Shown here: positions 8,884-18,158 of the stretch, one piece after another
Layout of the letters: every line of letters begins with the position of its first letter
How positions within the stretch are numbered: position 1 is the stretch's first letter
From: an uncultured Acidimicrobium sp.
Lineage (GTDB): Bacteria > Actinomycetota > Acidimicrobiia > Acidimicrobiales > Ilumatobacteraceae
Assembly: GCA_964654335.1 (NCBI GenBank)
Contig: CAZZJH010000004.1
Location: forward strand, 1 to 40,853
DNA: 40,853 bases
Reading direction: 5' to 3'
The notes under the pieces: model-generated
Database searches by the model: none
Seen by the model: only the letters and a program-made list of their open reading frames with translations
Told to the model about the DNA's origin: nothing
Made by a program: the position numbers and the translations under genes

Positions 8884-9362
8884 GCTTGCTCGATCACTGC
8901 CACGGCGAAGCAGGCAATGCCTTCCTGTCGACCAATCGCCCCGAGACCCTCTGCGCGCCTACCCTTCACCGTGATCGGTGCGCCTGCTGCCTTCGTGAGA
9001 ATCTCCTGCATCGCCTGCTTGTGCGGCGCGATCTTCGGTTGCTCACAAATGACACTGCAGTCCACATTGCCGATCATGTAACCCGCGTCACGCACCATGC
9101 GGGCTGCCGCTTCCAACATCTTCACTGAATCTGCACCCTTCCATTTCGGGTCTGTATCGCTGAAGTGCTCACCGATGTCTCCAAGACCGGCCGCGCCAAG
9201 CAGAGCATCGGCAGCGGCATGGGCAATCACATCGGCATCACTGTGTCCGACGAGCGGACGCTCACCAGGAAACTTCACGCCACCGAGGACGAGAACCCTG
9301 TCGCTCGAACCCTCCACATGACGATGGACATCGAAACCTTGACCAACTCGAACTGCGCCCAT
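8880..9362 (-). CDS. ispF: 2-C-methyl-D-erythritol 2,4-cyclodiphosphate synthase
   Basis: IspF motifs are present: VRVGQGFDVHR, GHSDADVIAHA and DALLGAAGLGDIGEHF. I chose the ATG at 9362-9360, which overlaps the ispD stop as ATGA. The ORF track start at 9395 would overlap ispD. Confidence 0.9.
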   Translation of the reverse strand: MGAVRVGQGFDVHRHVEGSSDRVLVLGGVKFPGERPLVGHSDADVIAHAAADALLGAAGLGDIGEHFSDTDPKWKGADSVKMLEAAARMVRDAGYMIGNVDCSVICEQPKIAPHKQAMQEILTKAAGAPITVKGRRAEGLGAIGRQEGIACFAVAVIEQA

Positions 9363-10012
9363 CAGATTTCCGTCGCCGCCGTTGCACGCGCCCACTCCAG
9401 ATCCTCCGAAGTGGTGAGCTTCCTGTTGATCGCTTCGCCGTTCACCACGACCACCTTGCCACCCACGCGCTCCACGAGCGAGGCATCGTCGGTTCCTTCG
9501 TTGCCCGACTCGTGCGCTCTACGGAGAACCGAGGCACGAAACGCCTGCGGTGTTTGCACCGCAACGAGGCTCGACCGATCGGGGGTATCGAGTACCACGC
9601 CGTTTTGATCCACCCGCTTGATCGTGTCGATAACAGGTAGCCCAGGAATCGCGCCATCCGCGCCGCCCACCACCGCCGAGATGACCTCTTTATAGAGGTG
9701 TTCCGAGGCGAAGGGCCTGGCCGCGTCATGCACACAGATGATCGTGGCCTCGCTCGGCACGGCTGCGAGACCTCGGCGCACCGATTCGCTTCGCGTGGCA
9801 CCGCCGGCAACGCCTCCCTCGGCATCTGCAACATCCGCAGGTACCACGAGCACCACACCGTCACCGATCGAGTGCGCAACATCGCGTGACCAATCGATCA
9901 CGCGCTTGTCACCGAGCACCATGAACTGTTTCTGTCCACCGAATCGATTCCCCGAACCGGCGGCAACGACGATCGTCCAAACGATTTCGTTCGGAACAGG
10001 CGACACGTTCAT
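9362..10012 (-). CDS. ispD: 2-C-methyl-D-erythritol 4-phosphate cytidylyltransferase
   Basis: The motif VVAAGSGNRFGGQKQF and the IspD-typical length are present. It is translationally coupled to ispF. Confidence 0.9.
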   Translation of the reverse strand: MNVSPVPNEIVWTIVVAAGSGNRFGGQKQFMVLGDKRVIDWSRDVAHSIGDGVVLVVPADVADAEGGVAGGATRSESVRRGLAAVPSEATIICVHDAARPFASEHLYKEVISAVVGGADGAIPGLPVIDTIKRVDQNGVVLDTPDRSSLVAVQTPQAFRASVLRRAHESGNEGTDDASLVERVGGKVVVVNGEAINRKLTTSEDLEWARATAATEI

Positions 10013-10036
10013 TCAGGGTAGTACCGTTGAATTTGG

Positions 10037-10702
10037 ATGACACACGAAGAATTGCTCTCCACCATCTCGTTTTTTGAGAATGCACCGAAAGATGTCATCG
10101 ACCGACTCGGTCGGTATGTGCAAACGGTGGAACTCAATCGTGGCGATGTGCTCTTTCGTGAGGACGATGAACCCACCGACCTGTATGTGGTGGTGTCTGG
10201 TCGGGTGGTCATCGCTCGTGATCATCACGGAATCGACAATCGCGAGAGTGTCATGGCGCTGATGGAGCGCGGGGATCTGTTCGGCGAACTCGCGCTCATC
10301 GACGGCGGCCGCCGCAGTGCCACTGCCCGTGCAGTAGAGCCAGCCATGGTGGCCAGGGTTCCTTACGGACCAGTGCGCGAGGAGCTGAACGCCAATCCAG
10401 AGATGTTGTGGGGCGTTGCACGCATGCTCGTCTCTCGCCTCCGCACGATGGACGAAACCCTCGCCGACAGCGTGTTCCTCGATGTCATCGGCCGCACTGC
10501 CAAGCGCCTACTAGATCTCTCCAACGGACAAGATCAGTTCGTGCTTCCCGTCACCCAAGAGGAACTTGCTGGAATGGTGGGTGCTTCACGTGAGCGCGTC
10601 AACAAATCGATCTCGAGTTTCATTCGCCTCGGCTGGATCGAGCAGCACGATCGTCAATACACGATTCTGCAGCGAGCGAAGCTCGAACAGCGCTCTACAT
10701 AG
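10037..10702 (+). CDS. crp: Crp/Fnr-family cAMP-receptor-type transcription regulator
   Basis: It has a cNMP-binding domain (LFGELALIDGGRRSATARA) and a C-terminal HTH (TQEELAGMVGASRERVNKSISSF). It is collinear with mycobacterial Crp (Rv3676) as I recall it. Confidence 0.85.
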   Translation: MTHEELLSTISFFENAPKDVIDRLGRYVQTVELNRGDVLFREDDEPTDLYVVVSGRVVIARDHHGIDNRESVMALMERGDLFGELALIDGGRRSATARAVEPAMVARVPYGPVREELNANPEMLWGVARMLVSRLRTMDETLADSVFLDVIGRTAKRLLDLSNGQDQFVLPVTQEELAGMVGASRERVNKSISSFIRLGWIEQHDRQYTILQRAKLEQRST

Positions 10703-10704
10703 CT

Positions 10705-11685
10705 CTATAGCCAGTCGTTTCGTCGAAACATTCGAAAAAGGCCAGCACAAGCAATTCCCATTGCACCAACAACCACGAAGTACCCCCAACGCGTCTGAAG
10801 TTCTGGCATATTCTCAAAATTCATCCCATATATTCCTGCGAGCATCGTTGGGACAGCCGCGATTCCCACCCAGGAGGAAATCTTTCGCATGTCAGCATTT
10901 TGTTTAACGGAAATCAGCGCAAGATTTGCCTGAATGGCTGCGTCAATCACTCGTTCCATCGCATCAATTTCGTCAATCACCTTGAGTAGGTGATCCCGAA
11001 CATCAGAAAACTGAAACTTAAAGGTTAAATCGATGAACTTTGCATGTCCTGCGATGATCTGGTCGAGCGGCGATACCAGTGGCACCACAGCTCGGCGAAA
11101 GTCAATTAACTCACGCTTTGTCGCATACATTTCTCTCGCCGGAGCTGGAGTCTCGTCATTGAAAACTGAATCCTCAAGTTGACGAACGTCTTCCCCAACC
11201 ATACGGCTGGTCTCTACATATTGATCCACAAGCCGGTCGAGAATTTCGTGAACTACAGCGGTTGGACCTTTCTCAAGTCTCTCCGGGCGAGATTCCAAAT
11301 CGGCCCGAATCGTGGTGAGAGGCATTGCTTCTCCATGTCGCACGGTCACCACTGTCTTGTCCGAAAAGAATGCACAAACGTCTCCGACGAATACCGTTCG
11401 CGTTTCCATTCGATATCCGACAGTTCGCATCACAAGAAAGCAATGGTCATCAAAATTGTCGATTTTGGGCCGTTGATGATGTGATACGGCATCCTCCAAT
11501 GCCAAATCGTTGAAATGAAAGTGGTGCTGATAATCCACAAGCTCTTCCCAAGTTGGATCAAGAATGCCGACCCATGAGAACCCATTCGTTCCTTCGGGGT
11601 CATGTCCCTCGTGTCGGACTCCCTTCACGTACACCGCCTCGTCAACTAGCACGCACACTCCTCGTTGGGTCTCGATACAGACCAA
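10705..11685 (-). CDS. corA: Magnesium/cobalt transporter CorA
   Basis: The YGMNFENMPEL signature lies before the last TM helix, after a cytoplasmic N-domain. The true start is probably the GTG at 11652 (LVDEAVYV) behind GAGGAG. This reduces the overlap with the upstream GT4 gene to 11 nt. Confidence 0.85.
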   Translation of the reverse strand: MVCIETQRGVCVLVDEAVYVKGVRHEGHDPEGTNGFSWVGILDPTWEELVDYQHHFHFNDLALEDAVSHHQRPKIDNFDDHCFLVMRTVGYRMETRTVFVGDVCAFFSDKTVVTVRHGEAMPLTTIRADLESRPERLEKGPTAVVHEILDRLVDQYVETSRMVGEDVRQLEDSVFNDETPAPAREMYATKRELIDFRRAVVPLVSPLDQIIAGHAKFIDLTFKFQFSDVRDHLLKVIDEIDAMERVIDAAIQANLALISVKQNADMRKISSWVGIAAVPTMLAGIYGMNFENMPELQTRWGYFVVVGAMGIACAGLFRMFRRNDWL

Positions 11686-12793
11686 GCATGTGTTCTACCG
11701 TAAGCCACCACGGGAAGCGTTCTGCGCGTGACCGGGATTCTGATCTTCTCGTGGTCTCAGGGATCTCGAGGATTCGCTCGATCGCCTCAGAGAATGACTT
11801 TGCGGAATCAAACGCTATTGCGCCCGCTTTTGAGCGCCCATTCTCGACACCGATCACTTCTCGAACCGCACTTGAAGCGCTCGCAACAACAGGTGTTCCC
11901 GAGGCAAGAGCCTCCAACGCAGCGAGGCAAAACGTTTCATGAGGACCAGGAGCCAACACGGCATCCGCAGTGGCTAGGAGCGACGCAAGTTGATCCCTGT
12001 CGTTAACGAAGCCCATGAAACTAACTGGCAGGTTCCTTGAGGACTTCTCAAGTCGATCTCGAAGCGGGCCATCGCCAACAACAAGGAGGCGGACGTTATG
12101 CCCTCGTTCAACCAAATTTTGCAACGTTTCGATACTCAACTCTGGAGATTTCTCCACAGATAGACGTCCGCAATGTATGAGGAGTGTTTGAGCGCCATCC
12201 GCAATTGTTTGGCGCAGGTGTGGATCAAATCTATTTGGAGAAAACTGATTGAGATCTACCCCCAGAGAAACGAGACGCACATTGGAGGCGCGAATTTCTT
12301 CAAATTCCTGGGCCGCGAATCTCGTTGTGGCAACAACGTGGTCAAACGACCTTGAAAGATATTGATTCCACATCCGAACCAGTTTCTTGGTCATGTGTGG
12401 AAATGGCAAGAATCGACTAGTTAGTCCATCGAGCGTTTCGTGACTAAATGCAGTAGTAACAACACCCTTGCGACGAGCCCACTTCCCGAGTGGAATCAAC
12501 GTTGATCGATCAGATACCTCAAGTACATGCGGAGCAAAGCTGGCGAGAATCTGCCTCACCTTTCCAACCCTCACCATGATTCGATATCCACCCGAGAACG
12601 GAATTTTCAAGCTGGGGATCGTCACCAGATACCCGTAACTCATTACCTCGGTTGTGAACTGTTTACCCGGAACTACAAGCATGACCTTGTGGCCGTATTC
12701 GCGATATCCCTCAGCCAGATGATTCATCGTCGTACGCAATCCACCGCTGCGCGGACCATAGAAGTTTGCGACATGAGCAATTCTCATGGACAC
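11642..12793 (-). CDS. GT4-family (GT-B) glycosyltransferase
   Basis: The N-terminus is MRIAHVANFYGPRSGGL, and the C-terminal half has the GT4 E-x7-E region (ETFCLAALEALASGTPVV). It overlaps the next GT4 gene by 10 nt, which suggests an operon. Confidence 0.85.
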   Translation of the reverse strand: MSMRIAHVANFYGPRSGGLRTTMNHLAEGYREYGHKVMLVVPGKQFTTEVMSYGYLVTIPSLKIPFSGGYRIMVRVGKVRQILASFAPHVLEVSDRSTLIPLGKWARRKGVVTTAFSHETLDGLTSRFLPFPHMTKKLVRMWNQYLSRSFDHVVATTRFAAQEFEEIRASNVRLVSLGVDLNQFSPNRFDPHLRQTIADGAQTLLIHCGRLSVEKSPELSIETLQNLVERGHNVRLLVVGDGPLRDRLEKSSRNLPVSFMGFVNDRDQLASLLATADAVLAPGPHETFCLAALEALASGTPVVASASSAVREVIGVENGRSKAGAIAFDSAKSFSEAIERILEIPETTRRSESRSRAERFPWWLTVEHMLGLYRDPTRSVRAS

Positions 12794-13920
12794 TCAACAG
12801 GAGCAAGAAGACGTTGATGTTCAGCTAACACTTCTGCAAGGTGCTGATCCCATTGACCACAAATCATCCGCCAGGAGCGCTCTTCAACCGACTTACGTGC
12901 ATGACTTCCTAATTGCTTCCGAAGCAACGGTTCACCAACAACCAAACTGACACAGCGGCGAAAATGCTCCAAGTCATAGGGTTCAAAAAGCAATCCATTT
13001 CGAAGCGGGCTAACCAAATCAATGGGCCCTCCTCTGGCCGGAGCAACGACCGGCACCCCAGACGCCATCGCCTCTTGGATGGTTTGGCAAAATGTTTCGT
13101 TAAGACCCAAATGAACGAACACATCGAAACTTGCGAAGTGTCGAGCCAGGTCCTCTCCTGAGCGGAATCCTGCGAACTCAGCATCAGGTAACTCTCTCTG
13201 GAGAAACGCGCGTTGAGGTCCATCTCCTACGATGACCAACTTGATTCGCTCATCTGCCGCCAACACTCGCAGATCATCTACTCGCTTTTCGTGGGCAAGA
13301 CGGCCAACGTAACCCACTGCGAGACGACCATTTAGATTCCACGCTGATCGCAGACCATCATCGCGACGAGATGGATGGAACAAGTTCCCATCCACCCCGC
13401 GCCGCCAAAGAAAGACGTCATTGACTCCATTCGCACAAAGGTCCGTTACTGATGCCTGAGATGGAGCCAGAGTTCGACAGGCAAGGTTGTGGACATACTT
13501 CAACCATTTCCAGAGTGCACCACCTACAAACTTCAGGCCGTATTGTTCCAAGAATCCAGGGACGTCAGTTTGGAAACAAGCCACGGTCGGAACTTGCAGA
13601 CGGGTCCCGAGTTGCAACGCTCGTGCGCCAAGTCCAAATGGCGCTGCCACATACAAGACGTCAGGACCAAAGTTGGTTAGTGCGCGACGCAATTTCGGTG
13701 TCGGAATTCCCAGCCGAAACGACCGATATCGAGGAACGGTAACACTGGGAACTCGCAGTATCGAGAAGTCAGCGAAGCAATTTGCGCCCTTTCCGGGGGC
13801 GACCACCAAGACCTCGTGGCCAACAACTGCGGAATGCTCAAGGAGCCGTAGGACTGAGTTTGTTACACCGTTGACCGTAGGCACGAAGCTTTCGGTGACA
13901 ATGGCGATGCGCACAACCAA
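12784..13920 (-). CDS. GT4-family glycosyltransferase, MgtA/PimB' (Rv0557)-like alpha-mannosyltransferase
   Basis: The N-terminus RIAIVTESFVPTVNGVTNSVLRLLEH..GHEVLVVAP matches my recollection of Rv0557. The motif ETFCQTIQEAMASGVPVV is also present. Confidence 0.8.
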   Translation of the reverse strand: MVVRIAIVTESFVPTVNGVTNSVLRLLEHSAVVGHEVLVVAPGKGANCFADFSILRVPSVTVPRYRSFRLGIPTPKLRRALTNFGPDVLYVAAPFGLGARALQLGTRLQVPTVACFQTDVPGFLEQYGLKFVGGALWKWLKYVHNLACRTLAPSQASVTDLCANGVNDVFLWRRGVDGNLFHPSRRDDGLRSAWNLNGRLAVGYVGRLAHEKRVDDLRVLAADERIKLVIVGDGPQRAFLQRELPDAEFAGFRSGEDLARHFASFDVFVHLGLNETFCQTIQEAMASGVPVVAPARGGPIDLVSPLRNGLLFEPYDLEHFRRCVSLVVGEPLLRKQLGSHARKSVEERSWRMICGQWDQHLAEVLAEHQRLLAPVECP

Positions 13921-14050
13921 ATTTGAATCATCAGAGTTACTGATCGATGAACTCAGGCTGATGGCGTGATGAACATCTTGTGTCGAATTATTAAGCTCCC
14001 ATTTAGCAACATTCCGCCATACGACATGAAGTCGATGTAACCATTGGGGA

Positions 14051-15484
14051 ATGAAGCCGAAATTTTCTTCGACCCGATTTAGACGGCGCCAGAAGAAGCG
14101 TCACATCCGTCGTCGAGACTTGTTCAAGTACCGCGACTTTCGATACGTCATCTCAGCCCAAGGAATTTCGCAAGTTGCAGATTCCATGACAACTCTTGGG
14201 CTTGCCCAGGTACTCATATTTGACCTAAACGAGTCTGAAACGACGACCGCCTTCCTACAGGCTCTTCTTCTTGCCGCATTTCCGCTCGTTTTTGCAGGAC
14301 CTTTGGCGGGTTATCTATCCGACAAAGTCTCTCGACAACGTCTCCTCGTTTCGGGACATTTCGTGCGTGCCTCGTTCACTTCCTTGGCCCTGGTAGCCGC
14401 CGTGTATTCCCTGCTGCCACTCGGTTATTTGGTTTTCGGATCACTTCTAATGACATCACGCGTCTTGTATACGGCGCGAGCAGTTTCAATTCCACGACTA
14501 GTCGATGAAACGGAACTAGTTGCCGCAGATTCGACTTCTCTAATCGTCAGTATGTTTGCAGGTATGAGTGGAGCTGTCTTCGCCAGCGCACTCAATGTGG
14601 CGAACGTGAAATTGATATTTGTCTTCGCAACCGCATTCCACCTTGTTTCTTCTTATTTATATTGGAAGGTTTCATCGAACCTCGGTGGAGGTGGTGCAGC
14701 CACACATTCAAAGGATTGGGGTTCGGCCAGAAGGTTCTTGTCGAATCAGAAGATTCGATTTGCAATTGCTTCAAGTGGATTCGGCAAATTGTTTGTGGGC
14801 ATGTCTTTTTCATCTGTGGCGCTAATGGTCGATGCCAAGTTCAGTCTTGAAGCAACGGGTTATGCCGCAGTGTTGGGTGTGTCCGGAATTGGCACATTCC
14901 TTGGAAATCTCTCTGCGGAATGGCTGATCGAAAGATTTAAGAGAAAAGCCGTGGTTGTGATGTCTGCGAGCATTTCCGCACTGATTCTCATCTGCGCAGT
15001 GTCCATTGACTACTTCCTATCTGCAGTCGTGGCTATTGCAGTTATCTCATTCTGCTTTCAGAATGTTCGAATATGTAACGATGCGGCAGTTCAAGCGAAC
15101 GCTTCAACGGAGATTTTAGGACGAGTTTTTGCGGCCTACGACGTCGTGTACAACCTGTCGTTCGTTGTGGGTGCAATCTTGGGACTCACTCTGAGCACGG
15201 CATTCGGATTTTGGAACGTGCTCGTCCTGTGTGCGGCGTGCTATGCGGCACTTGCCTTTGGGTTGCTCCTCGCCACTGATCGTGAACCGGCCCCGAGGAC
15301 CTGGATTGAAATCCCTGCATCCCGCCATCCCGCGGCCGGAAGAACATTTCGGGTATCAAGGACGACTGGTGCTGTCATCAAGGAGGCGACTGCAATTGGA
15401 TCAACGTTCTCAAATTCCGGCCAATCGGTAAGGATTACAAGCACCGATGCACCTACACACGCATCGAGTGCGGTGCCGGCGTAG
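14051..15484 (+). CDS. MFS transporter
   Basis: A basic N-terminus is followed by YRDFRYVISAQGISQVADSM and about 12 hydrophobic helices. The last 67 aa are non-hydrophobic and are encoded antisense to the ugd 3' end. Confidence 0.75.
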   Translation: MKPKFSSTRFRRRQKKRHIRRRDLFKYRDFRYVISAQGISQVADSMTTLGLAQVLIFDLNESETTTAFLQALLLAAFPLVFAGPLAGYLSDKVSRQRLLVSGHFVRASFTSLALVAAVYSLLPLGYLVFGSLLMTSRVLYTARAVSIPRLVDETELVAADSTSLIVSMFAGMSGAVFASALNVANVKLIFVFATAFHLVSSYLYWKVSSNLGGGGAATHSKDWGSARRFLSNQKIRFAIASSGFGKLFVGMSFSSVALMVDAKFSLEATGYAAVLGVSGIGTFLGNLSAEWLIERFKRKAVVVMSASISALILICAVSIDYFLSAVVAIAVISFCFQNVRICNDAAVQANASTEILGRVFAAYDVVYNLSFVVGAILGLTLSTAFGFWNVLVLCAACYAALAFGLLLATDREPAPRTWIEIPASRHPAAGRTFRVSRTTGAVIKEATAIGSTFSNSGQSVRITSTDAPTHASSAVPA

Positions 15485-16605
15485 GACACACCAAGGTGCT
15501 CCACCGAGGTTGCGGATACCACCGGATCGTGCGCCACGATATGGGCTCCTCGGGCTAGAACCTTTCGAACCACCGCAAGACTTGGCGAATCCCGAAGATC
15601 ATTGGTGTTGGCCTTGAAGGTTAGACCCCACACGGCAATTGTTTTACCAGTGAGATGGCCTTCAACCAATTCTTGAATTCGATCAACTACATATTCAATC
15701 TGATCGTCGTTTACACGGATTGTGCTTTCCAATTGGTGAAGAGGTTCGCCTATCGAACGTGCGAAACTTGCCAAAGCTCTCGTGTCCTTAGGCAGGCAAG
15801 AGCCTCCCCACCCAGGTCCAGCCTTCAAGAACTGTGAACCAATCCTCGGGTCCATACCCAATACTTTCATCAACTGATGAACGTCCGCTCCAAGTGAATC
15901 GCAGAGTCTTGCCATTGAGTTGACGAACGAGAGTCGCGTAGCGAGAAAAGCGTTTGACGCATACTTGGTGAGTTCAGCAGTTCGTGGATCAGTGACGACA
16001 ATTGGGCACTCAAGAGAGGAGTAGAGATCCGTCATTCGCTTTGCCACGTCGTCGTTCAAGGCTCCAATGAGTACTCGGTCGGGTTCGAAAAAATCTCGGA
16101 CTGCTGATCCTTCGCGAAGAAATTCGGGATTCGATACGAAATGAATGTCGGGTCGATCAACAATTTCTGACAACAGCTCCGACGTTCCTACCGGCACAGT
16201 TGATCTCGTAACGACAATCGCATCTCGGCAAAGACTGGGCCCAATATCCTTTGCAACCTCCATAACAGCAGAAAAATCTGCTGCGCCGTCACTGCGTGGT
16301 GGCGTAGGAACACAGATGAAAACAATGCTCGCGTTCAATACCGCTTCACTAGCACTGTCAACGAAAGTCAGAGATCCATCTGACAATGCGCTGGAAACCA
16401 ATATTTCCAAATGCTCCTCGCGAATATCTATATGTCCTTTGCGAAGATCAAACACCTTGTCTTTGTTATTGTCGGCACAAACCACCTTGTATCCAAGTGA
16501 CGCCAAACCCACAGCTGTTGGCAAACCAACGTATCCCGCACCAATTACCGAGATACTCTCCCCGGATACGCGAAGTCGTTTTACCGCCTTTGCTTCATGA
16601 CGCAT
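15241..16605 (-). CDS. ugd: UDP-glucose 6-dehydrogenase
   Basis: It has a Rossmann fold ISVIGAGYVGLPTAVGLA. The catalytic region is GWGGSCLPKD. The C-terminal UDP-binding domain reads GLTFKANTNDLRDSP. Confidence 0.9.
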   Translation of the reverse strand: MRHEAKAVKRLRVSGESISVIGAGYVGLPTAVGLASLGYKVVCADNNKDKVFDLRKGHIDIREEHLEILVSSALSDGSLTFVDSASEAVLNASIVFICVPTPPRSDGAADFSAVMEVAKDIGPSLCRDAIVVTRSTVPVGTSELLSEIVDRPDIHFVSNPEFLREGSAVRDFFEPDRVLIGALNDDVAKRMTDLYSSLECPIVVTDPRTAELTKYASNAFLATRLSFVNSMARLCDSLGADVHQLMKVLGMDPRIGSQFLKAGPGWGGSCLPKDTRALASFARSIGEPLHQLESTIRVNDDQIEYVVDRIQELVEGHLTGKTIAVWGLTFKANTNDLRDSPSLAVVRKVLARGAHIVAHDPVVSATSVEHLGVSYAGTALDACVGASVLVILTDWPEFENVDPIAVASLMTAPVVLDTRNVLPAAGWRDAGISIQVLGAGSRSVARSNPKASAA

Positions 16606-16650
16606 GCATCTCGACGATTACTCACCAAGATGTCGGGTCGGCAAACGAAC

Positions 16651-17337
16651 CTAGTCTTCATGGTTACGGTCGACTGAATTTTGCTTGAGCAACCACTCCT
16701 TCGCGCGGGCGAACGCATCTGCGGCATCTGCAGGTCGATGTGCTGGTCGCGCTGCATCGTGGGCAAACCCATGTTCCGCTTCTGCGTACTCCACCACCGA
16801 AACGCCAACGCTCCTGAGTTCGGCGATGTCACTTTGCGGCGTGTACGGATCCTTGAGTCCCACCACGGCCATTACCCGATTGGCATGCCCACGCTGCAAG
16901 ATCTCGATTGGATCACCTTGTTTTGGCCCCTGCCATGCCTGAGGAACATGGATCATTCCATAGAACGAGGCAATGCGAGCAAAGTGTTCGCTACGGGCCG
17001 ACTTGTGGCAGTACATGCCGCCCATGCAGAACCCCATCAAGCCAACGCGACTGACTCCCAACGCTGCTGCACCCTCTTCCAAGTCACGGAGGTGAAGGTC
17101 ATCATCCATCGTTGGCATCGCCTGAACCCTGGGTTCGATTTCGAGCGGTAAGCCTCGACCAGGGAAAGGTTCGACGGCTATCACCCTCACCTGCCACTCA
17201 CGAGCAATTCGGGCAACGAAATCATCGAACAACGGTCGTAAGCCGAAGATGTCTGGTGCCACCACGATTCCCTGCGTGGCCCCAGCCACGGTGGTGTCGA
17301 TTTCGGCTTCGGTAGCAGAGGGAAGAGTGATGCGCAT
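16651..17337 (-). CDS. Dienelactone hydrolase family protein
   Basis: The Cys-nucleophile elbow GFCMGGMY and a C-terminal EHGFAHD are present, in a 228-aa alpha/beta-hydrolase. Confidence 0.8.
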   Translation of the reverse strand: MRITLPSATEAEIDTTVAGATQGIVVAPDIFGLRPLFDDFVARIAREWQVRVIAVEPFPGRGLPLEIEPRVQAMPTMDDDLHLRDLEEGAAALGVSRVGLMGFCMGGMYCHKSARSEHFARIASFYGMIHVPQAWQGPKQGDPIEILQRGHANRVMAVVGLKDPYTPQSDIAELRSVGVSVVEYAEAEHGFAHDAARPAHRPADAADAFARAKEWLLKQNSVDRNHED

Positions 17338-17354
17338 GCGCTCATCTTGGCACG

Positions 17355-18158
17355 GTGAGTCTCTGGGTGACTGCAGAGGTGGGAGTCATGTACCCCAATG
17401 TCTGCATGACAAACATCAGCCCACAACACCCATCAGTCCGCCACCCATCGGGTCAATCGCCCTTGGTCAAGCAACTCGTTGCCGAATGGGCCGCATTGGC
17501 CACCAAGCCGAGCGTGCTTCGCCATGTAAATGAGTGGGGCCTCCCCGGTGATCCTCTGACTCAGCTCGATCAGGTTCTCGACCGCTGCGGTTTCGGTCAC
17601 GACGCCGATTACTCCGAGGGCGACCGGTGTCTTGCTCAAATCATTGCCCGCGCCAGTCACGACGAACTTGCAGCCCGCATCGTGCTTCAGCGAATCCTGC
17701 CCCCACTCATTGCCATCGCCGCTCGACGTGGCCGAATCGTGAAAGGCGGGTTCAACGAAGCGTTCAGCACGACGCTTGGCCATGCGTGGATTCTCATCCG
17801 CACGTACCCACTCGATAGGCGACCAGCGAAGATCGCGTCCAACCTCGTCCGCGATGCCGAGTATCACGCGTTCGTCCGAGAGGCTCGATTGAAGAGAGTT
17901 ACCGAATGCAGCCTGACCGAACGAGTCATCACCACTCAACCGATGGCAACACCAACCAGACAGACCGATGAACTGCACGATGTGCTCGATGAATCACGAG
18001 CGCTCACTCGTCAACAAAGAGACATAGTGAGACGATGTGCCGAGGGACATTCCTTCGATGACATCGCCAAGGATTACGGGGTGACTGCCCGAACGGTGCG
18101 CGGATGGCGTCGCGAGGCGATCAACGCGTTGCGTGAACGAACGCGGTGTGTTGAGTGA
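17355..18158 (+). CDS. Hypothetical regulator with sigma-70 region-4/LuxR-like C-terminal HTH
   Basis: The C-terminus is [45 protein letters not shown]. Third codon positions are C/G-rich, like neighbouring genes. The fully embedded antisense ORF 17433-17978 is judged spurious. The start is uncertain: 17355, 17388 or 17406. Confidence 0.5.
   Translation: MSLWVTAEVGVMYPNVCMTNISPQHPSVRHPSGQSPLVKQLVAEWAALATKPSVLRHVNEWGLPGDPLTQLDQVLDRCGFGHDADYSEGDRCLAQIIARASHDELAARIVLQRILPPLIAIAARRGRIVKGGFNEAFSTTLGHAWILIRTYPLDRRPAKIASNLVRDAEYHAFVREARLKRVTECSLTERVITTQPMATPTRQTDELHDVLDESRALTRQQRDIVRRCAEGHSFDDIAKDYGVTARTVRGWRREAINALRERTRCVE

Noticed and set aside
17433-17978. 181-aa minus-strand ORF embedded in the sigma-like regulator gene
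   Set aside because: It lies wholly antisense to a frame that has a clear HTH domain and host-like C/G-rich third positions. It has no recognisable motif. Long antisense ORFs are expected in GC-rich DNA.
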